DNA of 64,000 nt from Candidatus Krumholzibacteriia bacterium (GCA_041484665.1 JBGPIA010000012.1:32001-96000); one strand, 5' to 3'. Numbered from the stretch's first letter, positions 38,542 through 48,419 are shown. Notes: generated by a model from the sequence alone, not told the origin. A program made the numbers and translations.

Positions 38542-39972
38542 ATGATTCCTCAGGCACCCGGCCGGCGCGATCCAATCGCTCGGCTCCTCCTAAGCGCTTC
38601 CCTCTTGGCGCTCGCGCTCGCGCTCGGCCTAGCCAGCGCCACCGGGCCGGCCTCAGCGCAGGTCTTGCCGCTGATCCAGTTCGCATCGCCTGGCTTTCCG
38701 ATCCTCGAGGGCAGTACAGGCGTGGAGATCAACGTCACCGTTGTCGGCCCGCGTGCGGGATCGGTAAGCGTCACCTACACGATGGTCGATCGCTCCGCCC
38801 AGGCCTATGTGGACTATTCGCCGGAATCCGGCACGCTTGTCTGGGGCAGCGGGGATCCCGATTTGAAGCTCATCCACACCGGGGCGCTCAGCGATGCCGT
38901 CCCCGAGTCGACCGAGTCCTTCCAAGTCCTCCTGTCGTCGCCCATCGGAGCCACGATCGGCACGCCCAACCCCATTACGATGCAGATCGTGGATGTTCCT
39001 CCTCCGCCCGTGACGGCGGCGATCGTGATCCCCCCAAATATGCCTCTCGATGTCAATGGGCAGTATGTCCTGTTCGGCAACGCGAGCACCGGCATGGACA
39101 TTCCCGTCCACGTCGCCAACGCCACGTCTTGGCCGCTCACGGTGCCCTACTCGCTCGACGGATCACCCCCGTCCCACTCGCTCATCTTCCAGCAGGGCGA
39201 AACCGACCTGCCCATCACCCTGCCCGCGGAGGTGGTTCCGCCGGGCGCGACCCAGGTGTCCCACCTGGTGGCGCTGAGCACGCCGGCGGCGGGGAAGACA
39301 GACGTCACCGCGGCCGTCGCGTCAGAGCAGGGCCTTGCCCAGATCCAACAAGAGACCGGAGCGTCCGGAGCTGGCTGCGCCTGGACGGTTGTCTGCTTCA
39401 TAGATAAGATTTTTCACCTGTGTCCCTGCACTTCTTTGACGATCAATTGCCATTCTTTAACCAAAGCGCTCGCGTCGGGGACGTCATCGTCTCGGCCGGC
39501 ACAGCCGACCGTGGATCCGATCACTACCCTTCAGCAGTATCGCGACCAGATCCTGACGCCCACGGCGGTGGGCAGGTACTACGTCAACCTGTACCAGCAG
39601 CTCAGCCCCGACGCCGAAGTCGCCCTCCTTCGCCAGCCGTTTTTCCTCTACGAGTTCTTCAGCGCTTCGCAGCCCTGGGTCGACGGGATCTCAGCCCTCC
39701 TGGCCGGAACGGGGGACTCTTTCGTCATTTCGACCGACATGGTGCAGGGACTCGAGGCTCTGCTCGCGGATTTCGTGACCTACGGGAGCCCGGGGTTGGG
39801 CGCAGCCCTGCAGCAGGAGTGGAGCCGCTTGGACGTGGCGAATCTCCCGGGCCAGAACATGACCCAGTTCCAGCAACAGGTGCAGGCGCTGGGTGGGCGC
39901 GTCCCGGACCCCGCCCGGAGCTGGGGTTCGGTCAAGGCGACATTCGGTAGTACATCGGTCACGAAGCACTAG
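38542..39972 (+). CDS. Secreted Calx-beta-like protein with CFI-box-like domain and SWGxVK tail
   Basis: AAGGAG RBS, signal peptide; IQFAS...DYSPESGTLVW...ESTESFQVLLSSP; LQQYRDQILTPTAVGRYYVNLY; RSWGSVKATF. Confidence 0.75.
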   Translation: MIPQAPGRRDPIARLLLSASLLALALALGLASATGPASAQVLPLIQFASPGFPILEGSTGVEINVTVVGPRAGSVSVTYTMVDRSAQAYVDYSPESGTLVWGSGDPDLKLIHTGALSDAVPESTESFQVLLSSPIGATIGTPNPITMQIVDVPPPPVTAAIVIPPNMPLDVNGQYVLFGNASTGMDIPVHVANATSWPLTVPYSLDGSPPSHSLIFQQGETDLPITLPAEVVPPGATQVSHLVALSTPAAGKTDVTAAVASEQGLAQIQQETGASGAGCAWTVVCFIDKIFHLCPCTSLTINCHSLTKALASGTSSSRPAQPTVDPITTLQQYRDQILTPTAVGRYYVNLYQQLSPDAEVALLRQPFFLYEFFSASQPWVDGISALLAGTGDSFVISTDMVQGLEALLADFVTYGSPGLGAALQQEWSRLDVANLPGQNMTQFQQQVQALGGRVPDPARSWGSVKATFGSTSVTKH

Positions 39973-40056
39973 CGCGTCGCGGGACGCCCAGCCCCTCTCG
40001 GGGGGGCTCAGCTCAATGCGATCGCGCTGTCTCCCACGCCGCCCGATTCCCCTACC

Positions 40057-42270
40057 GTAGAGTGGGCGCCCGGCGCGGTGCCCGGCTCGTCGCCGGGTCC
40101 GTTTCCGAGCGCCCCTCACCGAACCCGGCGTGCGCCTTTCGTTACGCACCGGGCTCTCCATCCGCGATGGCGAAGCGAGGTGGCCGCAGCCACCCGAGCT
40201 TGAAGTAGTGCACCGGCGTCGCCGAGAGCTCGAACGGCTGGACGTTTCCGTCGCACCATTTGAGACTTCGACAGCCAGGCTTGCGCCTGACGTAACGTCG
40301 TTTCAGCTCCTTCATCGTCGTGGTTGGGTGCTTCTTCCTGAGCCATCTGTAGATGGTCCACCACACGTAGTGATCGATTGCGTCGAAGACGTGCTTCGCC
40401 CCCCACGCATGGCGGTAGAAGTTGCACCAACCGCGAAGGATCGGGTTGAGATGTTCGAGACGGTTCTTGAGAGATTCCGTGAGCGTCGAGCGCTGGAAGA
40501 GGTCCTTGATGCGCTCCCGCAGTCGATGACTGCGGTCCTTTGGAATCACCGCCGCGCTGACGAGCCTCCCGTTCGACGGGTGCACGCGCACGCGGACGTG
40601 ATGTCCGAGGAAACGGAGGGGGCGCGTCACAGGCGTGACGAGCGTCTTCGTCTCCGACAACTCCAGGTTTATCTCCTTCAGCGCCGCCGCGATCGCGGCC
40701 TTTTCCTTGTTCGCGACCTCTTCAGCTCGGAGCAACTGCTCTTCGCCGGGAGGGACGCTCACGAGAATGATGAAGTCATCCGCGTACCGAATGGGCATGT
40801 AGATCGCGCGTCCGCATCGCCGGTCGTAATTCCGGGCGAGGAGCGCGCGCTGCGTGATCGCTGCCGGGTCGGAAAGAATCGTCGGCGTGTGGCGAGGCCA
40901 CACGTGACGTTCGTACCGTTCCTCGATCGCGGCGAGCGCGATGTTGGCCAGCAGGGGTGAAAGAATCCCGCCCTGGGGTGCGCCGGCGTCCGTGCGGAAG
41001 AACTGCTCCTCCGCGAGAACCCCGGATTTCAAGAAGGCGAGCACAAGGTCATTGACCTTGGCGTCGCCAATGCGACGGCGAACGCGGACCATCAACACGT
41101 GATGGTCGATGTTGTCGAAGCATCCCTTGATGTCCCCTTCGATCGCCCACTGATACGGGAGCCGACGCTCCCCCCGGACCTCCCGCGGACGCAGAAGCAT
41201 CCGAAGATGCTCCAGCGCGCCGTGGGCGGATTTCCCCGGGCGGAAGCCATACGAGACGGGATAGAAGTCCGCCTCGAAGATCGGCTCCAGAATGTTCTTC
41301 GTCGCCGCTTGCGCGACCCGATCTGCGACAGTGGGGATTCCCAGGGGGCGAAACTTCCCCGGGCTGCCGACCTTCGGGATGAGTACGCGCCTCGCCGGAC
41401 TCGGCCCGTACGCTCGGGATCGCAGCGCACTTCGCAGTCCATCGAGGAACGCCTCTGGCCCTGGGTCGGACAGCAGGTCCCTCACCGTCTTTCCGTCTAC
41501 GCCCGGTGTGCGTCGTCCCTTGTTGCGGGCGACGCGCGCCAGTGCGATCCGCAGGTTTCGGGGATCGGTGACCAACCCCCAAAGCTTGCGGAACACGTAG
41601 TCGGAGCTCTCGTGACTTCGCTCGTACAGCTTCCGTTGCTCGGTCAGGAGCCACGCCTTATCGAGGGTGGATGCCGCATACACGGCTTTCCCCTGCGGCC
41701 CGGACGCCGCACGCGCAGACTGCCCCCCTTCGCCATGTGCACGGCTCTCCCGTGCTCCGACTACTACGGAGGCTCCGCCCCCCGTCCGAGACATCACCGG
41801 ACTTGGCGGCTTGCCGGGCTTCGCGATGCCCGGCGCTCGGATCGGGGTTCCTGTGTTCAAGAGTGGATCCCTTGGTGCTGTAGGCGGTCGGCTGTATCCC
41901 TGGCTGCACGGGCACGCTCCCGATTCGGGGCGGGGGAGCAGCGCGCCCATGACGGGCGTACCCAGTCGCTAGACCCAACGACCAGGCTCTGGCAGCAGTC
42001 CCCGCCGCGAACGACGGGGTTGGCTATTCATACAGAGACGTCCAACACCGACTTCAACATGCTGGACCTTCATCCACGCGGTTTCGCCATGGCACCTGCG
42101 GTAGCCCGCCTCGGACGCACGCGCGTCGTCGCGGACATTTCAGGCCGTTCGGCTCTTGCAGGTCGCCGTTCCAATCTCGGCGACGTTCACGGCCCCCTTC
42201 TCTACCCGGCCCGACCCGGGCAAGGATGACGTTCTCAGGTCATCGGATCCTCCCTTGCTTCACAGCGCAC
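40057..42270 (-). mobile_element. Group II intron (IIB-like), apparently full length, about 2.2 kb
   Basis: 5' end GTGCG at 42270; domain V GAGCCCGGTGCGTAACGAAAGGCGCACGCCGGGTTC; domain VI ending CTCTAC at 40057; loop GGGTCTA (41970-41976) can pair with 5' exon TAGATCC. Confidence 0.9.
40142..41683 (-). CDS. ltrA: Group II intron reverse transcriptase/maturase (no endonuclease domain)
   Basis: NKGRRTPGVDG, RPLGIPTVADR, SYGFRPG, PQGGILSPLLAN, RYADD, LNPILRGWCNFY; GTG start at 41683. Confidence 0.95.
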   Translation of the reverse strand: MYAASTLDKAWLLTEQRKLYERSHESSDYVFRKLWGLVTDPRNLRIALARVARNKGRRTPGVDGKTVRDLLSDPGPEAFLDGLRSALRSRAYGPSPARRVLIPKVGSPGKFRPLGIPTVADRVAQAATKNILEPIFEADFYPVSYGFRPGKSAHGALEHLRMLLRPREVRGERRLPYQWAIEGDIKGCFDNIDHHVLMVRVRRRIGDAKVNDLVLAFLKSGVLAEEQFFRTDAGAPQGGILSPLLANIALAAIEERYERHVWPRHTPTILSDPAAITQRALLARNYDRRCGRAIYMPIRYADDFIILVSVPPGEEQLLRAEEVANKEKAAIAAALKEINLELSETKTLVTPVTRPLRFLGHHVRVRVHPSNGRLVSAAVIPKDRSHRLRERIKDLFQRSTLTESLKNRLEHLNPILRGWCNFYRHAWGAKHVFDAIDHYVWWTIYRWLRKKHPTTTMKELKRRYVRRKPGCRSLKWCDGNVQPFELSATPVHYFKLGWLRPPRFAIADGEPGA

Positions 42271-42376
42271 GGATCTACTTGCCCTCGATGATCAATACGC
42301 CGGTGACCGGGAGGCGCGCCTCGCGTGCTTCCCAACGAGCACGGCCGCTGGGTACTGCGGCTTGCGGGTCGGCGCC
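42271..42376. repeat. Copy 1 (right part) of a ~150-bp diverged direct repeat; left part at 40011-40056, split by the intron
   Basis: 26-nt core CGCGCCTCGCGTGCTTCCCAACGAGC at 42315-42340 is identical to 44546-44571; flanks align. Confidence 0.8.
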
Positions 42377-42568
42377 GGCAGCGCACTCGGTGGAGTCGCG
42401 ACGCTCGCAAACGCCGGTGACGGGCGGCCCGAAGGATACGTGGTAGGGACGCCGAGGGTCAGGAAGGCCGTCGAGTGCCTGTCCAACGGTAAGACCTTCA
42501 CGGTGACCGTGGCGGGCGTGTCGCAGCAGAAGGTGTACGTGAAGCCGGCGCGGGAACGGGCGATCGGC

Positions 42569-44248
42569 TCAGCGCGAGCGGATTACCTTGATTGACCTCG
42601 GGTCGCCCCCGGCAACCAGCCGAACCAGATACGTTCCTTCGGGCACCGTGCTCCCTTCGTCGTCCTTTCCGTCCCAGAGCGCGCTGTGCGGCCCTGCGTC
42701 CTGGTCCGACTCCATCAGCGAGCGCACCAGCCGGCCGCGCATGTCGAACACCTTGAGCGTCACCGGAGTCGCGGCCGGGAGCGAGTAGCTCAGAGCCGTC
42801 GAGCTGTTGAACGGGTTGGGTCGATTGGGAAGCAGAAGCAGCCCGCGCTCCATCCCGGGTGGGGCATTGGTCGAGATCGGAACCGTGCTCGTGTTGCCGG
42901 CGTCGTCCACCAGCATGACCTCCAATGTCGGGGGTGGGACCGTCCCCGGCGGAAAAGTCACCCGGAAATTGGTGATGTCCCCGTCAGCGGACGGAGCGTC
43001 GTACGGCATGGGCAGCTCGACCACCTGCGTGCCGACCGTGTAGCGCACGGTCGCTCCGATCGCCATGGAGGTCGCGTCTGTCGCCCGGACCGCTAGCTCG
43101 TAGAGGCCCGACGCCGCGTTCTGGGTCAGCGCTTGCGACACCAGGTAGGGCGCGTCTCCATCGGAGCCCTCCTGCACGTGGATTCCGTACATGAAGTCCC
43201 CCGGCGCGTACATCACCGCGCCGCTCGGAAAGTAGACATAATCCCGCGCTACGACCTGCCCGAGAAACTCCATCACCTGGCCCTGCGGCAGCGCGGAACA
43301 CTCGCGTTGCGTGAAGCTCCAACGCAAGAACGTGTGCTCGTTGGGGTCGTCCTCGCCCAGCAGCGGGGTGATCTGGAAGGGGATCTGGACCACGAGTGGA
43401 TCCCCGACGCAACCTTGCCCGGGAACGACGAACTGCTGGCTTCCGGCGCCGGTGGAGGGAGGGAAGTCGAATTGGACGACCGCGCCGCCGGGCGCGTCGC
43501 GCAATTGACCCAGCAGCATCGCGGGAAAGGTCAGCTGGTTGAAGCCCATCGAGTACCAGTTACCGGTGCTCCACCCGGCCACCCCGGATTGTAGGGGTCC
43601 CGAAGGACAGCAGCCGCCGGTCACGACCCACCAGCTCGAGGTCCCCGTCGGTCCAACACCATCCCCTGGGGTCAGGAACTTGTCCGTGTGATTGAACACC
43701 GCATCGCAGCCCACGAAGCCCCCCGGGCAGTCTATCGCCAGATCGAGATAGGGCGCCATGAGATCGGCGTCGGTGAACGCCACGCTCAGGTTGACAGTCG
43801 CATCGAAGCTGATGTTGTCGTGCCAGTTGTTGCCGGCGTGCAGATGGATCCGCTTGCAGCCGAAATGGTAGTTGGGATACCACGAAACCTGACCGCTGGG
43901 GGTGCACGTCCACTGTCCTGCCGCGACGTTGGCGTGGTATGCGTCCATCAGGACCTTGGGCTTGTTGACATTGATCATGGCACAGACGACCAGCCTTACG
44001 TCGTCGCCGGGCAGCGGATTCTTGAGGGACATGTCGTACCAGAAGTGCACCGATGTCCCCGCTCCAGGACTCTTCTGGTAGCCAGCCCGCCATTTGAGGG
44101 TCTTCCCGGGGGCCCCCGGGATGGCCGACTCGCCATTCTTGAAGATGTCCGCTCTCGAGCGGGCAGGCAGCAGCAGGAAGAGGAACACGAGCAGAGCGAG
44201 CGGCCGGCCCAGCTCGTGGAGCTGCCCGGCAAGAGCGCGGCGCGTCAT
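42569..44248 (-). CDS. Secreted Cys-containing protein with FlgD-Ig (T9SS-like) C-terminal domain
   Basis: ATG 44248 with GAGG RBS, signal peptide; PNPFNSST...WDGKDDEG...GTYLVRL. Confidence 0.82.
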   Translation of the reverse strand: MTRRALAGQLHELGRPLALLVFLFLLLPARSRADIFKNGESAIPGAPGKTLKWRAGYQKSPGAGTSVHFWYDMSLKNPLPGDDVRLVVCAMINVNKPKVLMDAYHANVAAGQWTCTPSGQVSWYPNYHFGCKRIHLHAGNNWHDNISFDATVNLSVAFTDADLMAPYLDLAIDCPGGFVGCDAVFNHTDKFLTPGDGVGPTGTSSWWVVTGGCCPSGPLQSGVAGWSTGNWYSMGFNQLTFPAMLLGQLRDAPGGAVVQFDFPPSTGAGSQQFVVPGQGCVGDPLVVQIPFQITPLLGEDDPNEHTFLRWSFTQRECSALPQGQVMEFLGQVVARDYVYFPSGAVMYAPGDFMYGIHVQEGSDGDAPYLVSQALTQNAASGLYELAVRATDATSMAIGATVRYTVGTQVVELPMPYDAPSADGDITNFRVTFPPGTVPPPTLEVMLVDDAGNTSTVPISTNAPPGMERGLLLLPNRPNPFNSSTALSYSLPAATPVTLKVFDMRGRLVRSLMESDQDAGPHSALWDGKDDEGSTVPEGTYLVRLVAGGDPRSIKVIRSR

Positions 44249-44283
44249 GGTGGGGACCTCGTGGCGTCGAGGGGGTTGCCCAT

Positions 44284-44313
44284 AGGCTATTCCTCCTCGC
44301 TCGTGAATGTCAA
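44284..44313 (-). promoter_or_regulatory. Putative sigma70 promoter
   Basis: TTGACA-18 nt-TAGCCT about 35 nt upstream of ATG 44248. Confidence 0.6.
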
Positions 44314-44457
44314 TCTCGCCGGGCTGCCGATGCGCTGACGGTGACTCGAGGCTAATGTGGCAGGCCGCCCGCCCCACTACCACTCGTCCTTTCACCTCAT
44401 CGCCCAATTGCTCCGTCTGCGGATTCGGGTTAGTCGCCGGGGCGCGGGCCGCCCATG

Positions 44458-44607
44458 GCTCAGTTCCGCACGGTTTCCCACGCCGCCTTGGTCGCGTACA
44501 CGCATGTGCTGGCCCTCGAGGATGACCACGTCGTTGGCGGGCCGCCGCGCCTCGCGTGCTTCCCAACGAGCCCGGCCGGTGGGGGGCGCGACGTTCGGGT
44601 CGGAGCC
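44458..44607. repeat. Copy 2 (uninterrupted) of the diverged direct repeat
   Basis: Aligns with the joined 40011-40056 + 42271-42376. Confidence 0.8.
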
Positions 44608-44647
44608 AGGTTCGCGCGATGACCTTCTCCGCCGGCCGGGCCGGACT

Positions 44648-44776
44648 GAGCTGGTCCATGATCTCGCGCAGCAGGCGCGGATCGGTGATGGACGCCAGCT
44701 CGGCGGCCAGCCGGTCCGCGATGGAGAGAATCCGATCGCGCACCAGACGGAACTGGTGGAATGCCGCAGCCTTTGC
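44648..44776 (-). pseudogene. Fragment resembling phage terminase small subunit (Nu1-like) C-terminus
   Basis: AAFHQFRLVRDRILSIADRLAAELASITDPRLLREIMDQ. Confidence 0.5.
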
Positions 44777-44899
44777 GGTCGCGGGAGCCGCTCGGGCGGA
44801 GCGCTTGGCTCCAGCTGCAGGGTGCTCGCGCCGCGTCGCGCGCAATGACTTGCTCAAGGCGTGCCCGCGGGTTGCCCCGCGACGTGAGGCCGCTGCAGA

Positions 44900-45520
44900 T
44901 CAACGGACAATCGCCATCGAGCGCGATACTTCCGCGTCCAGCGTCGTCAGGCGTGCTTCGTAGACGCCCGAGGCGACCCGTGGGCCATCCACATCCCGCC
45001 CATCCCAAGTCACCACGAGCGTGCCTGCCAGCGCTGGTCCATCCAGCAGCGTCGTCACCAGCCGCCCGCGCGCGTCGTAGATGCGCACGTTCACACCGCC
45101 GGCGGCCGGGAGCGTACACACGATCTTGGTCGAGGGATTGAACGGGTTAGGAGCAATCGACACGATCGCCAGGCGCGCGGGCAGTGGGGTGGGCGGGGCA
45201 CCCCAGCGCGCTGTCACCGTCTCGGATTGGAGGATCTGGTCATTGCCCTGCATTTCGATCTGGTTCTGGTAGCTTACGCCTGCCGTGGCCGTGCTGTCGG
45301 TCCAGGAAGTTAGCGATGCCGCCTGCTGCTCCGTCCAGCGGATGCGCTCCGCCAGCGGATTATCCCCCGATCCTCGAAGCAGGATCAGACGCCGCAGCCC
45401 TTCCGTCCAGGGGAGCTGCCACGAGAGCGCAATCGCCTGCTGAACCGCCTGCACGGTCAGCTGCGGGCGCACCACAGGTTCTGCCCGAAATCGTCGACCG
45501 GAATCGGATGCGATCTGCAC
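44900..45520 (-). pseudogene. N-terminally truncated FlgD-Ig C-terminal-domain protein
   Basis: PNPFNPSTKI...WDGRD...VASGVY; no signal peptide or RBS; begins right after a hairpin. Confidence 0.6.
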
Positions 45521-45525
45521 GGCGC

Positions 45526-45556
45526 GGGCCTCCGCCGGCGATTCCGGCGGAGGCCC
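45526..45556 (-). terminator. 13-bp perfect inverted repeat downstream of 45572..48064
   Basis: GGGCCTCCGCCGG-CGATT-CCGGCGGAGGCCC; no U-tract. Confidence 0.5.
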
Positions 45557-45571
45557 TGCGGAGCTCGAAGA

Positions 45572-48064
45572 TCAGTGCACGAAGACGGCCCTGGCCGAGC
45601 GCACGGTCGTACGGCCTCCCGATTCGATCACCGCACGTGCGTAGTACGCGCCGCTCGACAGGTGGCCGGCGCCGTGCCCTTGGAGCTCGAGGCGATGCCG
45701 ACCTGCCCCGAGTGTTCCGTTGTAGAGCGTCGCTGTTTCCCGTCCCGCGACGTCGTACAGCTTCACCTGCACAGTGGCCGCCTCGGGCAGATCGAGGGCG
45801 AATGCCAGGGTTGAGAGCCCGCCGGCCGGTGCGAAACGGAGTTGGGTCGACGCCGCGGTATCCGCGCCGGGATCCACGCCGGTCGCGGCGTTGACCACAA
45901 CGCGCACGCGTCTGGGCGTGTAGATCACGCTCGCTTGGCTGCCCAGCGGGCTGCCGTTCCAGGTTACGGCGCTGAAGGTGCCGGTGCGCGACGTACACGA
46001 GAGGACCGTGAACGTGTCGGTCGGCGAGTGGACGAAGCCGGCCTCGAGCCGCAGGTCGAGCGTACCGGTGAGGGTGGCTGGACCGTTCACGACCAAGCTA
46101 TCGCAGTGCGCGCCTCCAAGCGTGCCGAGGTCCGACGCGTAGTGGCCCTGGGCGTACTGCGTGTAGTTGCCCGGCACGTGCAGCGCTCCGCCGGGGCCGC
46201 TGGCGGAGTACGGATCGATGCGGCCGGTGTTCTGGAGCATGGTCACCAGCCGACCCCAGCCGGCAAGACTGCCGGAGATCGGCATGTTGAGGGCATCGAT
46301 CTCTCCGCCCTGGATGTTGACGGCTCCAGCGTTCAATACGGTACCGGTGGTGGTGAGGCGCCCGCCACTCGCGAGCGTGAGCGATCCACCCGGTGAGTAG
46401 ATAGTCGTGAACGCTGGATTGATGCCGGTGACATGCAGGACGTTGATCGTGGCGCTCGAGTCGGCGACCACCGATCCGGTGCCGCCCGCCGTCAACCCGC
46501 CTCCCAACCAGAAATTGTCGCGGCATTGAAGCAGCGAGCCCGCGCCACGGACCAGCACGTTGCCAACTCCGGTCGCGCCGGCGCCGAGCGACAGCGCACC
46601 CATATCCGCGAACGACCCGCGCAGCACGTCCAATTCGCCGCCGCCACGGACTGCCAGGTTCATGCCCCCGCCACTCGAGAACGTAGCCATGGAGTCCACG
46701 AGGATCTTGCCGAAGCCGCCCAGGGAGTCCCCCAAGGTGGTCGAGCCGGGGCCCATAGCGAATACCGTGCCTGGCTGGCTGAGGTGCAGGGTCCCGGATC
46801 CGCCGCGGCCGACGAAGAGCTGGGCGTTGCCGTTGAGCGTGTTCGGGCCCGTGCTGGTGACCCCGTCGCTGATCGCAAGCTCCGGTGTACCGACCTGGCT
46901 GTTGATCGGGAGGTACTTCCCCGCCGGCCACAAGAACGCTCCGCCGCGGACGTGCAACAAGCCGCCGCGAAGATCCAGCCCCGGTCCAGCTGTGGGCCAG
47001 ATCTTGATCCCGCCATTGACGCGGAATAGCCCGCCCTGCGTGATCCGCAGCACGCTGCTGGCGTCGTTGTCCGGGTCCCCGACGTCGCAGCGGCCGCCCA
47101 CGCGGACCGCGGCACGATCGCGCACCGTGAGCTCTCCATGCCCCGCGACCACGGTGTCGTAGAAATTGAATCCGATCCACAGGTGGTTGTGGACATTCAT
47201 GGAGGAGTTGCGGGAGATCCCGGTAGAGGGTCCGATCGTGACCCATCCCCCAGAGCCCGCATCCTGACCGAGCACGGTGGTGCCCGCGATATCCAGGTAC
47301 CCGCCGTTGTAGGCGAACAAATTCGCCGCCCCAGCGCCGCCGATGATCATCCCCTCCCCCAGCTCGGAGCCTGTTACGTGGAGCCCGCTAGGGAGGCGGG
47401 CGGGGCCAACGTCGGCGCCGGCCACCCTCAGCGTGGTCGCAGAGGACGCAAGGGGGGCCATCTCGAAGGGCCACGAGGCGACATCCGTGCGCTCGCAGTA
47501 GTATTGCGCTCCCCCAAACACATCCAACTCCGAGATGCCGCCATAGCCGATGACGTCTCCGCCAGAGCCGCTGAAGTAGGGGTTGCCCATCGACTTGGAG
47601 TGGAACTGGGCCGGCGGCAAGAAGAGACCCCCATTGGTCAACGTCATCGTGGTCAAGCTGCCGGGATATCCGAGGTTCAGACAGGTGACGTTCATCGTGC
47701 CCGTGTTGACGGTGAGCTGCGGCGCTCCCGAGCCCGCCCCTACTTCGAGGATGTACGTCGTATGGGGGCTGGACAGGCTGAAGGTCACGTTTCCGCCGCC
47801 GCAGCTAAGCGAGTTCGTAATGGGGACGGTTGCTGGGAACGTGACGGTGTAGGTCCCGCTCACGTCGAAAAAGCCAGTGTCGAGGTAGCCGGGCGTGCCG
47901 GCGGGGTTCCACTTGGTCGGGTCATCCGCCGAGCCGCTCACGGGCGATTTCCAGAAGAAGTAGATGAACGCCCCTGCCGGGGCCGGCAGGGTCGCAGGGA
48001 GCATGAGAATCAACGACAGGCCGCAGAGCGTTCTCGCGGCCGGCAGGAATCGGGCGCGTTTCAT
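45572..48064 (-). CDS. Secreted beta-helix/passenger-like protein with T9SS-like C-terminal domain
   Basis: GGAGG RBS, signal peptide, repeated Gly-rich GxGxLxV strands, DSLVVNGPATLTGTL; VKLYDVAGR...LSSGAYYAR. Confidence 0.8.
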   Translation of the reverse strand: MKRARFLPAARTLCGLSLILMLPATLPAPAGAFIYFFWKSPVSGSADDPTKWNPAGTPGYLDTGFFDVSGTYTVTFPATVPITNSLSCGGGNVTFSLSSPHTTYILEVGAGSGAPQLTVNTGTMNVTCLNLGYPGSLTTMTLTNGGLFLPPAQFHSKSMGNPYFSGSGGDVIGYGGISELDVFGGAQYYCERTDVASWPFEMAPLASSATTLRVAGADVGPARLPSGLHVTGSELGEGMIIGGAGAANLFAYNGGYLDIAGTTVLGQDAGSGGWVTIGPSTGISRNSSMNVHNHLWIGFNFYDTVVAGHGELTVRDRAAVRVGGRCDVGDPDNDASSVLRITQGGLFRVNGGIKIWPTAGPGLDLRGGLLHVRGGAFLWPAGKYLPINSQVGTPELAISDGVTSTGPNTLNGNAQLFVGRGGSGTLHLSQPGTVFAMGPGSTTLGDSLGGFGKILVDSMATFSSGGGMNLAVRGGGELDVLRGSFADMGALSLGAGATGVGNVLVRGAGSLLQCRDNFWLGGGLTAGGTGSVVADSSATINVLHVTGINPAFTTIYSPGGSLTLASGGRLTTTGTVLNAGAVNIQGGEIDALNMPISGSLAGWGRLVTMLQNTGRIDPYSASGPGGALHVPGNYTQYAQGHYASDLGTLGGAHCDSLVVNGPATLTGTLDLRLEAGFVHSPTDTFTVLSCTSRTGTFSAVTWNGSPLGSQASVIYTPRRVRVVVNAATGVDPGADTAASTQLRFAPAGGLSTLAFALDLPEAATVQVKLYDVAGRETATLYNGTLGAGRHRLELQGHGAGHLSSGAYYARAVIESGGRTTVRSARAVFVH

Positions 48065-48419
48065 GGTGGCCTCCGGAAGGGCGTGGAAGGGCCGACACCC
48101 TTCTCTACGTCCGAAGGCTGCGAACTGAACCGCCGAAAGCGCTGGGCCGGTGGCCGCGCGTCCTGCGGTGATCACAAACGATTGGCGAACAAGGAGTTCT
48201 ATCTGTCCGGGCCCCGCAAACCGCGCCGTTGCGCTGCCTGAGGCACGTGCTGCGACCTGGCCCCACGCGTGACCAAGTGGTGAGGATCCTCGCGTGGCGT
48301 GCGGGGCCGCAGGACCGGGTGGACGAGGCGTCGCTCGACAAGGCGCCGGCCAAGCAGCTCACGTGGCTGCGGGTCCAGTGTTCTTCCGAGCGACGCCGCG
48401 CAGGGTCGCTGCCGAGAAA

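Noticed and set aside
39990..40008. Hairpin after the Calx-beta gene as terminator
   Set aside because: Short stem and no U-tract
40142..41950. RT as DGR, retron or CRISPR-associated; 602-aa start
   Set aside because: Domains V/VI and a maturase domain identify a group II intron; no TR/VR pair or cas genes; the extension overlaps intron RNA domains
40016..42595. 121-aa plus-strand ORF formed by removing the intron
   Set aside because: The intron is antisense to it and could not splice from that mRNA; substitution pattern between the repeat copies favours the minus frame
42569..44857. 762-aa ORF as a terminase-secreted protein fusion
   Set aside because: Internal promoter, RBS and signal peptide point to a start at 44248; the upstream in-frame stretch is likely chance
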